Positions 1 through 27,130 of a DNA stretch of 64,000 nt are shown here, in pieces. The first letter of the stretch is position 1. The number at the start of each line of letters is the position of its first letter. Under the pieces are notes generated by a model. That model worked only from the letters and a program-made list of their open reading frames with translations, was not told the DNA's origin and searched no databases. The translations under genes and the position numbers were made by a program. The DNA comes from Phoronis australis (Eukaryota > Animalia > Phoronida): NCBI GenBank assembly GCA_002633005.1, contig NMRA01000325.1, positions 1 through 64,000 on the forward strand, given 5' to 3'.

Positions 1-554
1 GTATTTCACTCGTTAAATATATTTATGTGAGCATATGGACCCGTCTTACTCCTTTTCCCCATCATCTCGGTCTACGAGCTTGCGACGCACGTATCATTTA
101 TCTATTATTCGGGACATATGTCGATCATAAATGTCGTTCCGATGCTCTTCCATGACTTACTTATGAGACTGGACACTTCTAACAATTCTTTCTTATCTTC
201 TCGTTCCCACACCACGTGGCCTACGGTGATTCGTAGTAAAAACCACACGTCGAACGCCTGAGTGACCATGAGAAGGACAACAAGGATGAAAGACATGATG
301 AGCCAGGGTAGCGGAACAACTAGCATCCAGATACCAAAAGACATCCTTGTCAGCAATTGCCGCTAGATGGCTCGATAAAATCAACTTAATTGCTATTGTA
401 GACCTAGCGGAACTGCTTCGTTAACTAATATTGTATTGAAGTTAACATTTGTTATTCATTTATAGTTTGCTCTTGAATGGTGCTGGCTGATTGAAGTTTT
501 ATGTTTTGGTGTGTGGTTTTAAAATATGAGTTTTAACAAGCAATTCCATATTGT

Positions 555-578
555 TTACGTCATGTCTTTCCGACGTCA
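555..578 (+). promoter_or_regulatory. Two CRE-like motifs upstream of the coiled-coil gene
   Basis: TTACGTCA (555-562) and GACGTCA (572-578), about 70-90 bp before ATG 648. Motif match only. Confidence 0.3.
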
Positions 579-647
579 CATTTTGCAGTGAAAAAATAAA
601 CAGAACATTTCACAATAGATAGCGCTGCCCTAAAGTTTAATGAGCCA

Positions 648-3600
648 ATGGGTATGTAAGACTTTGAACTTAATTTAAGCATAGTTAATTTCCTAGACAT
701 TCATTGGATTCGTAATACTAGCAACAGTAGAACCAAATACTGCAAAGAAAAGACTGGTGCTATAAAAAAATTTCTAACAAATCTAAACAATTTAACCAAA
801 TTCGAATCGCCGTCTTTGTGGATCTTTTAAGTTGGCGGGAGTGTTTTAATTTATTATAACTTTAACCTGCATGGGCAGCGCACCATATGGGGCTGGGGGG
901 AGGGGGCTATAGCCCCACTTTTTCAGTGCTGCGCCACTGTGGTTTATAGGCGGCGCACCGCAGGGGGCTGGGGGCTTTAGCCCCGACTTTTTTCAGTGCT
1001 GCGCCACCAATGACCTAACGATGTTATTCCACAACACAATCAGTTGTCTGAACCACAAATTTACCCCGCCTGGTCATTGTTAGTCTTGAAACTCCACAGG
1101 TAACAAATCATCCACGTTTAAGATGACGCGTTATCAACAAACAGAAGATACATACGAGAAGGAGGCGGTGTCCTACGAGAACAAGATCCAAAGCATTGTC
1201 TCTTCGCTGAAGGACGAGTTGACGGTGTTAAACAGCGTCCTTGTAAACAACAGGAAACTAATTACGCAGAGGAAAAACACGTTGGAAAAAATGGAATCTG
1301 ATTTGGTCATGCACGTGAAAGAGAATGAGTGCCTCAGGTAGAAAAAAGAAACTCATAAGTACAATATAGAAACACTTAGCGACTGTGACGAGTGTTCCTG
1401 TGGTCGAATTCCTTTCCTGGATTGTGGAAAGTTGTTACCTACGCCCTACAGGAACGAAGAACTTATACTAAAGACTCTATTCCATTCCATTCATTTCCGA
1501 AAAATAAAATGGCTAATTAACTCTATCATACTGTACACAAAATTTTCGGCTCATGACCAAAGCAGTTGGTTTTAACCATCGGCAGGAACTGAGAGATAAT
1601 TTGCAATTGAACTTTGTGGCCCAGTGTTAGAACGCCTGGTTATAATAAATGTAACCATAAATGGGTTGAATGCCCGAGAATTGCTTAACATGATTTAACA
1701 AAACTTGAAAAGTTTGACTGACCACGCCACTTATGCTAGCATCTTTTTCAGGCTTCCGACATTCAGTGGAGACGCGTATGGGGTGGTGAATTTTAGTTGC
1801 ACCTTATGAATTATTAATTCACATTCAGTTGACGACATTTTGTGTCTTTAAGAAAGACGGTCTTGCAGGAAGAACTGGAGATCAAAAAATCTCATTTTCA
1901 CACAATGAATCCTGTGTAGTGTTTAGACCATATAGATACATGTACATACTACCTCGACGCCAATTCAGTCACGACTGAAATGTTTAATTGATTTTGTCAA
2001 TTCAAGTATCATTATACTTTTATTTACAAAATCAAGTGTTTTTTAGAAAATCAGCGCTGAAAGTTGTATATTAAATTTTCAGGCAAACTAATAGCACTAT
2101 CCTTCGAGAAAATTCCGCATTGGTCGCTAACCAGCGTGACGAAATAAAGGCATTGAAAGAAGTAATAAGTGCCCAGCACAAAGACTTGCACGGTTGGTAT
2201 ACAGCTACATGTGCTATTTACAAGACAAGTTTCATTACAAATGACACTGGTATGACTTTCAAAATATCAGTTTCATTGGCAATAACTTAGTCACACGTCT
2301 AGTTTCCAAAATGGTTATTATGTGAACCGGATTTTAGTGAAACGTTCGACTCAAAATGATACGAGCACGGGAAAAGATGGGATCTCAATTAGATATATCT
2401 TTTCAGACTCTGGGATAGGTTCCGATGTAGTAAAATACATAAGACGCATAAGAATAGAATAAAATGATGCAAAACACACAAAGCAACATAAAAGAACGCA
2501 AACCAACGTAAGTTTTTCGTTGTTAAATCAAATGTCTAAAATAGTGAGATTTTTTAAAAAACTATTTTACACATTTTCTTGCATCCCTCATCCAGTTTTG
2601 CTGTGTTTACTCAATGTGATAAGCCAGTAACGTCATCAATCTTCCGGTGGTGTCAGCAATAGTTATATATCGGGATGGGCTGCCCTGTGGCACCTAGTGC
2701 GCCCCATTAAGTTACCGAGATAAAGACTGGATGTACTGTCTTTGACATTTATCAAATGAAGGATTGAATACGTGTGAAGTACATGAGCAATCAAATGTGT
2801 AAAGATAATTTGATAACGTCTTGTGTCGCTTGTAGTGTTGTATCTATCACCTAGAGTCCAGTCCTTATGATAATATTTCATTGCAGAACTAGATAAACTT
2901 CAAATGAAATATGATGATTTACGAAAAGAAATAAAGACTGCGAATCAGGAGCTGGAAAAAACAAAGACAGAATACGGTAAGAAATGAGGTTTAGCGAGAC
3001 AGTGACCAACGCTAAGTAAACGAAATGAATATATTAGTAGAAACTCTGAGATAGTGCACACCTCTGTCGAGACAATTTTATATTCTGCTACGAAGAACGC
3101 CTATGGTTTCGCTCAACAGAACGTTTTCAGGTGTGCTTATGACTGCCATTCGTGACAACTGGACTGGTGCGGGACGAGTTGTTTTATGTGGCTGTATAGT
3201 TGAGGTCCGGGGTACTCGACTCTTTGACTGGGGTACAACTCCAAAGTTATGGAACCCTCCCACTGAGATAGTAGGCACGATACAGAACTGTTACCAGAAA
3301 GTCACCGTTTCGCCAACATTTTGTCCCAGAAATACCACCCTTTTGTAGATTTTTAAGGGGTTAAAATTACATAACTCTAAACTTATCGTCGGGATACTTG
3401 GACAGTTAAATTTTTAGCTAATGAAGTCTGAAACAATACAAACCTCGACATCTTTTGCAACAAAGTTTTCAAAATATAATTAATTGCAGAAACCTGAAGA
3501 TTTGTGTAGTTGGAGAAAGAACCTTTAGATTTTCGAATTTAAGAATAGAGATTCTTTCCCTACCAATTTCCTTACGAAAGAGAGCATTTTCCGACATGCT

Positions 3601-6600
3601 TGATGGCAGTGAACCGTCCTGTAATTGAACCGGTTATGCGGAATAAATAAAGTACCATCTGGTGGTCGTGCTGTTGATGCTGTGGTCTCTAAATTGAAGC
3701 GCATGCGTGATGTTGGGTTCAAGACGTACACTACATTATATATGCGTGTGCGACCCCGATACTTGATTTTTGTGCTGGTGTTTGGAGGACAGGGGGGCTT
3801 CTTCCTGTAATCCAATTCAAAATCGGACCACTCGATTCTTTCTTGGGGTTCACAAATTTACTCCAATGGCGGCGATGAATGGAGATATGGGATGGATACC
3901 TATTATAGCTCGCCGGAAATTTGTGAGTAGATTAGTTATCAGTTTTATTTATAACGCACTTCTTAGGCGAAAAGAGCTGCTGTTTGCTATTTAATTAATA
4001 GTGATTGAGAAAGTTGGTCTGATTTTCTTTTTGTCATTGTAAACTGGTACGTGTCAGCCTGTCTTTAGTTTGTTTTTATTAGAGCAGGGTACGCTTCACC
4101 TATTTAGTGTAATTTTATTTTGTAAAATTTCTCAACTTTAATAGATAAAAGTTATGAAAATTCCACAGAATTCATGTAGTTTGTAATGTAGGCCTGCTGC
4201 GGTCATAAAACAACACTTCACAAGAATACTTATGAACAAGACAGCTAGTCTTTGAACAATCGAGAAATAACCATTTTTGCAATTTTTTGTGCATGATATT
4301 GTGGCAAGTGGGTTGTAAAACCTCCAGTTTTGTCGGATATCTGGTTTTCAATTCTTAGAGAAGAAACACCGTACTTGTTGTTTTTCAGATGACCTTTTAG
4401 CAAAATTTCGCAGGCAGACGATCGACTTCGCAGCCAAGAGAATTCAACAGAAAGCAAATTCTCAAGAAATAAAACTTTTGTCGGTAATTGTTTGTGAAAT
4501 TTTCAATTTTAGAGAAAATGGCTGTTATGCAGACATACAGTAAAGAATCTAGTTTGATAATCTAGTTAGTATATAAAATGGCCAATTTATACGTGTATGT
4601 TCTATTGGTAACGGGTAATTCAGAGATTTCATTCTACGCAATGTTACCGGCTATATAACCAATTTCCCCGTCTGATTCATGCACAACTCACAATGGGAGT
4701 GACAGTGCGCCTGAAAATACTTACAGTAGTGTCAACTTTTTCGCGTTTATTCTTTTCAATTGCAGAATCAAATGCGGTATCTACAACAAGAACGCCAACA
4801 ATCGACAACTTCTCTTGCTGAAAGCATTCTTACTTCAGTCGAAAGCAGTAGCCACTTAAACAGAGCTTGGTTTCCTACCTCGGGTCGAGAGGCAGAATTA
4901 CCTTCTGGTTCGTGCAAACTGGTCGACAGCGAGCTGAGCTTGAAAACTAACTCTGTCATGAGCCTGGAATCGGCGGAGCCATGCAACAAAACCAAAGGTG
5001 ATCACGTAGTAAACGCCATTAAGTATTACCTGCATGGTTACAAACACCCATCCAGTACGCGAGATGAACCGATCTGACTTGATTTGCAAACGTCTCGCAT
5101 TAAATTCAAGGTGTTGGCTATGTGCAGAGTAGCAAAAATCATTATTTTGTTGCATATTATTATTTTCGCAATTCCAAATTTTCAATTTTCATTTGAACTG
5201 TTGAATTGTGCAAACTACCTTGTTGTGCAATCTTAGTATAACATGTTAAACGTGGTGATTGTTGTTTACGTTTTCTGTGCAAGTTAGTAGAATCCATTTT
5301 TTGTCAGGTATCGATTGGAAATATCTTGCGTCCTACATCTCGCTCAGTGAAACTCTGCAGTCGATAAGAGCGGACCGTCGGAGGTTTCACCAACAGGTAA
5401 CGAACAGGTATAGATGAGCGTGAACAGGCACGCACACATACAAAAGTACCTTAGTGTAACTCCTGCTCTCGTCAAGAGGTCTGTTTACCAGGGAGTCTGC
5501 CTAATGACCTACCGTGTGGAGTAGGGCCAATAGCGCATTAGCTATGTCTCTATAAAGCACGAGCTAAAATACAATGGTAATTTTTCTTACTGTTAGGCGT
5601 CTAAGTCAAGATCATATTTACCGAAAGCGACACAATGCAAATTACTGAGCCAAAATAGATGCGCTAGTATAGGTTTCGGTTCTCTGGTACCCGTTGATGA
5701 ATGATTTTAGTTATTCTTTGAACCGTAGTGAATAATAGACCTGGGAGTTGGGATGTTGTACAAAAAAGCATGGGAACTCTTCGCAACGCGGGACAAAGTT
5801 GATGTATGCCTCTTCGATTCCCAATACGTTGTCGTCTGGATTTGAAACCAAACGGGAGTTTTGTAATGATCAAAACATCGATCCAAATTGTTTCAAATAA
5901 CGAAATCAGCGCTTGCCATTACGTTTTAGGCTAGGGGAGAAAAACATGCTACAATCAAATTGTATTATTATTATTATTTATTTATTATATTGACATAAGG
6001 GTGCCAGTAAATACATGATCTCAAATACAGAATATTAACCACACACCCCAGCCTGGCCGGGGCTTACAGTCACCTAATAACAATTAAACAATAACATAAC
6101 ATAACGCACACACTCAAATCTGACAACTTCAGACTAGTTTACAAGCAAATAATTACTTCTAACCTGCAAAGCGTCTTGAAAACCTTTCAAGTTTGGAATA
6201 TTTGAGGTAGGGCAGAACCCGGTATAAAAATGGTCGAATATGAGTATATTTTTCACAATCAAAGATAAAATGAACTTCATTTTCAATTCCGTTTTTACAA
6301 ACACGACAAATCCGATCATTCACAGGAGTTCCGAAGTACTGCCCCATCTAATGGTAGAATACCTGCTCTCAATCGAGCTATGACGGACCTCTGAGACACC
6401 GGAAACGTAAATACTCTTCTACACAATAGTCATTCTATATAGGCACAGTTTTGGTTTCCCATTGATTACTTTTAACCAGTTTAACTCTTCTAACTAGAAA
6501 CTAAATGATTTGAAGCTTTCGAGAGACACAATTTGTTTGTTCATGAAATTTTCTAAAAAATCGCATTTCTCCATAATTTTAAATAATTGAACTTGACCAA

Positions 6601-8366
6601 TTGCAAGAGTTCCGATGTTTAAGGTCTCATAAAAAAGACTTTTTTGAAATTCTGTTTTCATTCATTAGAACTAAACAATTCCAAAGCCTTAGCATATTTT
6701 CATGTCGTTTGTAGTGTGAATCTGGCCATTCTGAGTAGCCATAAAGTACTGCATTGGCAGCATACTTGAGTACCCCTAAAATATACGTAGGGCTCTCATT
6801 CTGATCGTTTCGCATTTGGAGTACTGAGAGTATCCCCAAATTCCAGATTCATATTCACAGTTGAAGCTACGTACATTTCAAAACATTTACTATAACTGTT
6901 GAAATCCATGTTACCAATATGTTTGTACTTGCTCAAGTGAGCTCCCAAACCTCTGGACGCGGAGTCTGCCAGTATTTCAGCTCTAACTGAAATCCATAAA
7001 CTCATTCACAGTTACACCCAAATATTTATAACATTCTCTTAAATTCACAATGCGATCACACAAAATGAATTCGAAACTCGTTCTTACATGTTCTCCATGA
7101 TAGCAAGTAACAGCATATGTTCACGAAAACAACAACGGATTTAAAACTTGACATGTTTCGGTGTCATTTATTAAACACCATCCTCATGTTAATACAACTC
7201 TTAAGTTCACACAGTAATCATTCACAAACTCAACAAATTGGTGAATGATTACTGTGTGAACTTAAGAGTTGTATTAACATTCAAGTCTCTAAAACTGTCG
7301 AGTTTATTTAACCCTAAGGACAAAATTTCTATGGGTCTACGGTCCAAGGTTGTATACAAATTTATCTGTGCTGGATGTGGCTCCAGTTATATAGGCGAAA
7401 CTGTTCGCCATTTGAAAACCAGGACCAAGGAACATCTAAATTCTGACAGTAATTCACATGTAAATATTCACCTGCAGAGCTCCAATCATTGTTNATTTCA
7501 GCTCTAACTGAAATCCATAAACTCATTCAGAGTTACACCCAAATATTTATAACATTCTCTTAAATTCACAATGCGATCACACAAAATGAATTCGAAACTC
7601 GTTCTTACATGTTCCCTCTTGCGAAAAAGAACCACATCAGTTTTGGAAAATTAACAGACATTTGCCACCTTGCACACCCACTGCTCATTTCGTTATGTAA
7701 ATGCTGTAAATAGGTCTCATTGCCAGAAAAAATCACAGTGTCATCTGCATACAAGAGACAGGGCAAATTACATCCATCAAAATTAATACCTTTGCTCCAA
7801 CTATTCAAATCATTAATTAAATCGTTTACGATAACTGAAAACAATGTATGCGACAATGGATCTCCCTGCCTGATCCCTCTTTGTACTGGGAACCAGTTGG
7901 TATAACTAGACTGACAAAATTGCACACAGGCTTCCGTCTGCGCTTACAGCGATTTTACCGAGTGATAGAATTTTACAATATAAAGTTTCTATTTAAATTG
8001 TCAAAAGCCCGTTCCATATCGACGAATATCGCAAACGTTTTGTGTTTAAGTGACGTTTGACATAGTCTCGATGTCCGAGTACGAGTCTGCATAATTTAAT
8101 AGAAATTACACTAGCGGATCCATAGCCAGACATGAAATTTAGTCAAACGTTGAATATAGAAAATGTATCCCAAGTGCCAATCCAAGGCGTTGGCTGATAT
8201 GCATTAGATTGCAGATTTTCACTAACTCCAGGTAAATCAGCTTCAACTTCAAATGGAATCCAAAGACCAGCGGATACATCAACTGGAAACCTACATCGAG
8301 CGAACCGCTGAATGCCACACGTCTCCTACGGATCCGAAGAAAGACATCGGAGCTTCGACGGGGTAA
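648..8366 (+). CDS. Uncharacterised coiled-coil protein, 8 exons, about 330 aa, predicted N-myristoylated (MGNKSS...)
   Basis: Exons 648-651, 1100-1337, 2083-2192, 2887-2976, 4389-4483, 4766-4997, 5308-5396, 8232-8366. All GT-AG, phases 1,2,1,1,0,1,0 match, total 993 nt, ends in TAA. In-frame stop at 597-599 upstream of the ATG. Heptad-like E/K/Q/L-rich segments (LDKLQMKYDDLRKEIKTANQELEKTK; VNQLQLQMESKDQRIHQLE). Read-through of exon 6 to TGA at 5077 is an alternative end. Family not recognised. Confidence 0.75.
870..1012 (+). mobile_element. Dimeric GC-rich MITE (CATGGGCGGCGCA family)
   Basis: Two head-to-tail units, each with a GGGGCTATAGCCCC-type palindrome. Ends CATGGGCAGCGCA / TGCGCCACCAATG. 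Flanks ACCTG/ACCTA (near 5-bp TSD). Collinear with the reverse complement of 36900-37042. Confidence 0.75.
7094..7493 (+). mobile_element. Penelope-like element fragment (GIY-YIG endonuclease) with inverted pseudo-LTR piece
   Basis: ORF 7238-7507 SKVVYKFICAGCGSSYIGETVRHLKTRTKEH is the Penelope GIY-YIG signature. It interrupts the LINE and is cut off by N at 7494. Confidence 0.85.
7145..7190 (-). ncRNA. Minimal type-I hammerhead ribozyme-like motif (Penelope pLTR), degenerate
   Basis: Minus strand aUGAGGA-u-GGUGU(loop)ACACC-GAAA-CAUG-UC: 5-bp stem II, palindromic CAUG loop III, GUC site. Core position C3 is A. Confidence 0.5.
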
Positions 8367-10327
8367 TTTGTGCCCAACGGAAAAACGGAACAGTGATGAG
8401 CACAAAGCTATAGCACCACACCAGTATGAGATAAAAGGAACATATACTTTGGAGCCACATAAAACTTGTACTTATTTTCACCAAAATTGACGTTTGTACA
8501 CCAATAGAAACACCAGTTTTTCTTTCCTGAGCAATAAGTTATAACACAAGTCCTGCTTTGTTTGATCAGTATGCACAAGAGATAAGCCTCCATCCGATCC
8601 AGGTGCAAATCCGTTTCACGTTTATGCCAAACACAAAATGTTCAAAACATGCACAACCCTAAACCCAAGTTGCGTTCTAGGGTCCTGCAAGGGCTGTCCA
8701 GTATAACAGTGACTTTAGCTGAGCAGTTCATTCCCGCAGTGGTCGCTCTTTAAAGACGTATGAAAAAAGTCCGAATAATTAGATTATGTCATAGAACGCC
8801 CAACGTGGATTCACGGGTTTTTTTTCAACACCACAAGCGACATCCATGTCTAAACTACAATCTCTTATATCCAGAACTATAAAATGGGGGTGATCAGCTT
8901 TGGCAGCTACAGCCATTGCGTAATTTTTAAAACAACCAGGGTGCAGAATAAATACCACAGAATAGGACCAAATGTGAAATGTTTCATTAACATTCGTAAT
9001 CCGTATGTTTTGTGAACTAAGCACATTGTTAAGATGAATTATCTAGGTCAGAAAATTAAAGAGATAATGTCCTAATTTGATCCCACAAAAACTTAATTCA
9101 GGCTTTCAAGTAGATTTAGGTTAAAAACTAGGAAACAAGAGTGACAATGTAGGATCAACATTTTATTAATACTTCTCTGAGTAACTTCTCAAAATCAAAA
9201 AACACCATCATCTCTACAATATTTAGTGTGCGCTGCCTGTTGTAACTCTAGTTATTATTGTAACTTGTATGGTCTAACACCCATGTTTTCCTTAATCATG
9301 CCCACCCTTGAAATTCCCTAATTTCCATTTTTAAACCTCCAGTTTATCCCATCGACACTTCCTTAAAATTGTCAGCTTTGTACACAAGTGTCTCAAGAAC
9401 ATTTCAGTTCCTAAAACATGCTTCTGGCTACAGTCAAGTGTCAATAGCACTTTGCCCTATTCTTACCGGAAAACCCCTTTTACTGGAGATGTTAAATAGT
9501 TCTTTTCCCTCTTTCAAATTCTAATATTATCATGATTATGGTATTCCCATAAGTGGGCTTGTTCATGCTCCTAGTTGACTCAGTTGGTCGACTAGGTGCA
9601 TGACCAAGCCCTTACGTCTCACTGTTCAAATGCTCACTGACTGTTTTACAAAATGAAATCTGTAGATCAGTCATAACCCTGAGTTGGATAATTTGGTAAA
9701 CAGCAGGACACATTTGGTTTCTTTAAATTGCAATTATCTTACAGTGCTTAAACAAATGAAAAATGTCTGCAGTAGAAATATTTAGGTGAAACAATGTCAT
9801 GCTTGTTGATTTGAAATATTGGTGGCTGTGAAGTTAAAAACAAGACAATTTTTCAATAACAATATAAATTACAACATTTTCAAGTATAAGAACTGGTGCA
9901 TTATCAGACGTAATATCCAATCACCAAACTCAAGTATCACTCAATCACAGACATTTTTCTTCAAAATAGGGGTCCAGCAAACATACAAATGCTTCAATCC
10001 ATAAAAGGACCATTCGCTCAAGCACAAATTAACTGAATGCAAAAAACAGCACATAGATCAAAGATATTAATCAAATCAACAGTTGTAGCAGTATCCATTA
10101 TTATGGTAAAATCAAACAAATTTGAGCAAAAATAAATGACTTTTTTCAACTTTTAATAGGTTTAACATTATTGTGAATAACCAAATCACTAATCTAAATG
10201 CAAGTACAATATATACAGTGTAGGACAAATCATTTATTTTCATGAAAAAATGAAAAATAAAATTTCACTAGTGTGACATACTAAGTATGAATTTGGTGAA
10301 ATTATACTGGAGAGAAGTCATAACAAA

Positions 10328-25668
<15,341 letters not shown>

Positions 25669-25779
25669 GGATTCTTTTTTACTTTGAATCACATCACACA
25701 ACTCAACAATCTAAGCAAATATTGAGAGAAAACGGCAAAACAAATTCGAACTTCGAGCCTAAATCAGTCAGTGCCACCA

Positions 25780-25845
25780 CGCGCATGCGCATATAAAAAT
25801 AACATCCGGTGTGTCATGTGACTATCCATGGGGAGCTACGTCACG
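25780..25845 (-). promoter_or_regulatory. PIBF1 housekeeping-type promoter motifs (NRF1, ETS, E-box, CRE half-site)
   Basis: CGCGCATGCGCA (25780-25791, NRF1 consensus), ACCGGATG on minus (about 25803-25810, ETS), GTCATGTGAC and TACGTCAC, about 110-175 bp upstream of ATG 25668. Confidence 0.65.
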
Positions 25846-26104
25846 GTGTTACCAAGTTCGAAAATGAAAAAGCCCGGGGACTGACATATCACAAGGGCCA
25901 AATGCCCAACGCAACACCCAAAAAACGACCCCGTGGCGCGTTATTTTTAGTAATGCCTCTCAAATAATGGAAAGAAAAATAAAGAACACGTGATTTTCGC
26001 AGCTGGCGTCTAGGCCTACGGTTCGAAAAAATGACTGACGCATGGCATGTTTGTGTGGGAGAACTCGCTTGCACTCAATGGTCACCAAATGACCGCTCAG
26101 ATTC

Positions 26105-26710
26105 CCTGAATCGGCGCAGCACTTTGCACGATTTTGGCGTACCCCAAACCAGAGCGAATTTGTCGAGTTTCCGCGCCCTCGGTTAAAGGTCTATTGCCGA
26201 CACACCAACCGATGTCCTTCCATTCATCGGCCTGACCGGCGGACCCTGAGACCGGCAGTGTGGCCCTCCCTTGGCTGGAAGAAAAAAAAAAAACGATTTC
26301 CCACAGTTGGTTTTTCGTCAATTGGTGCAGCACTTTGTACGATTTTGGTGTACCCCAAACCAGAGCGAATTTGCCTGACGGAGTTTCCACGCTCTCGGTT
26401 AAAAAGTTTATTCACGGCCGCCGACAAACAAACCGTACGCCGGCCGGGGTTTTCGATGTCCTAGACCGTGTTTCCTCCCGGGATGGGATACAGAAAAAAA
26501 ACGACTTTTAATTGTTGGTTTTTCGTCAATCGGCGCAGCACTTGGCCGAGTTTCCGCGCTCTCGGTTAAAAGGTCTATTGCCGACAAATTAACCGCTGGA
26601 AATCGATGTCCTTCCATTCTTAGACCCAGCTGTGGCCCTCCTAGTTGACTGGGAACAAGAAAAAAACGACTTTCAGCTGTTGGTTTTTCGTCAATCGCCG
26701 CAGCACTTTA
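26105..26710. repeat. Three diverged GC-rich tandem units of about 180-210 bp
   Basis: Recurring blocks AATCGGCGCAGCACTT, GAGTTTCCGCGCTCTCGGTTAAA and AAAAAACGACTTT...GTTGGTTTTTCGTC. Confidence 0.8.
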
Positions 26711-26719
26711 GTGAAAAGT

Positions 26720-27040
26720 GGAGTGCATACACAGTCGATACTTGTACATTTATTTGCCTGAAAATGCTTCGTGCAGCTGAATTTTATGTTAAACAAGATC
26801 TGAGATTATTATTACAACATCGCAATGAGTAGATTCTGAACTTCGCAAGACTATGTACAATAGATTTAGAAAACAGAGATCAAAAAACGTTCTCAATATT
26901 AAGCAGTCTGGGGCACTTAGAACGCAAATGAAATCTACAAGTACGTGCCAGGTAAGATGTCTATCAAGAAAAATACCTGAATGTTTCACATTACTTACAC
27001 GCTCCAGAGAGGAATTAGGCCTACAAACAGGAAAATGAAG
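26720..27040 (-). mobile_element. CR1/L2-type LINE RT C-terminal fragment
   Basis: SLERVSNVKHSGIFLDRHLTWHVLVDFIC matches the YLGxxLDxxLxWxxHI motif of CR1/L2 RTs. Confidence 0.6.
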
Positions 27041-27130
27041 GGGTGTTACAAATTTAAACTTCTGGTGAGAAAGAAACCACAGGTCCCACTCCGTGTCTCG
27101 GAAAAACGTCAAGGTCAGAATTTCCACTCA

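Larger units (their letters stand above)
5963..8080 (-). mobile_element. Degenerate non-LTR retrotransposon (LINE), RT to 3' end
   Basis: Minus-strand fragments GIRQGDPLSHTLFSVIVNDL...LLYADDTVIF (RT core, YADD; 7605-7925). C-terminal RICRVCKNGIENEVHFIFDCEKY knuckle (6159-6347). (TAA)n tail at about 5963-5990. Many stops and frameshifts. Lies in the last intron of the + gene. Confidence 0.85.

Noticed and set aside
105-356. 83-aa hydrophobic ORF on minus
   Set aside because: No recognisable family or convincing splice context; overlaps probable repeat sequence at the window edge.
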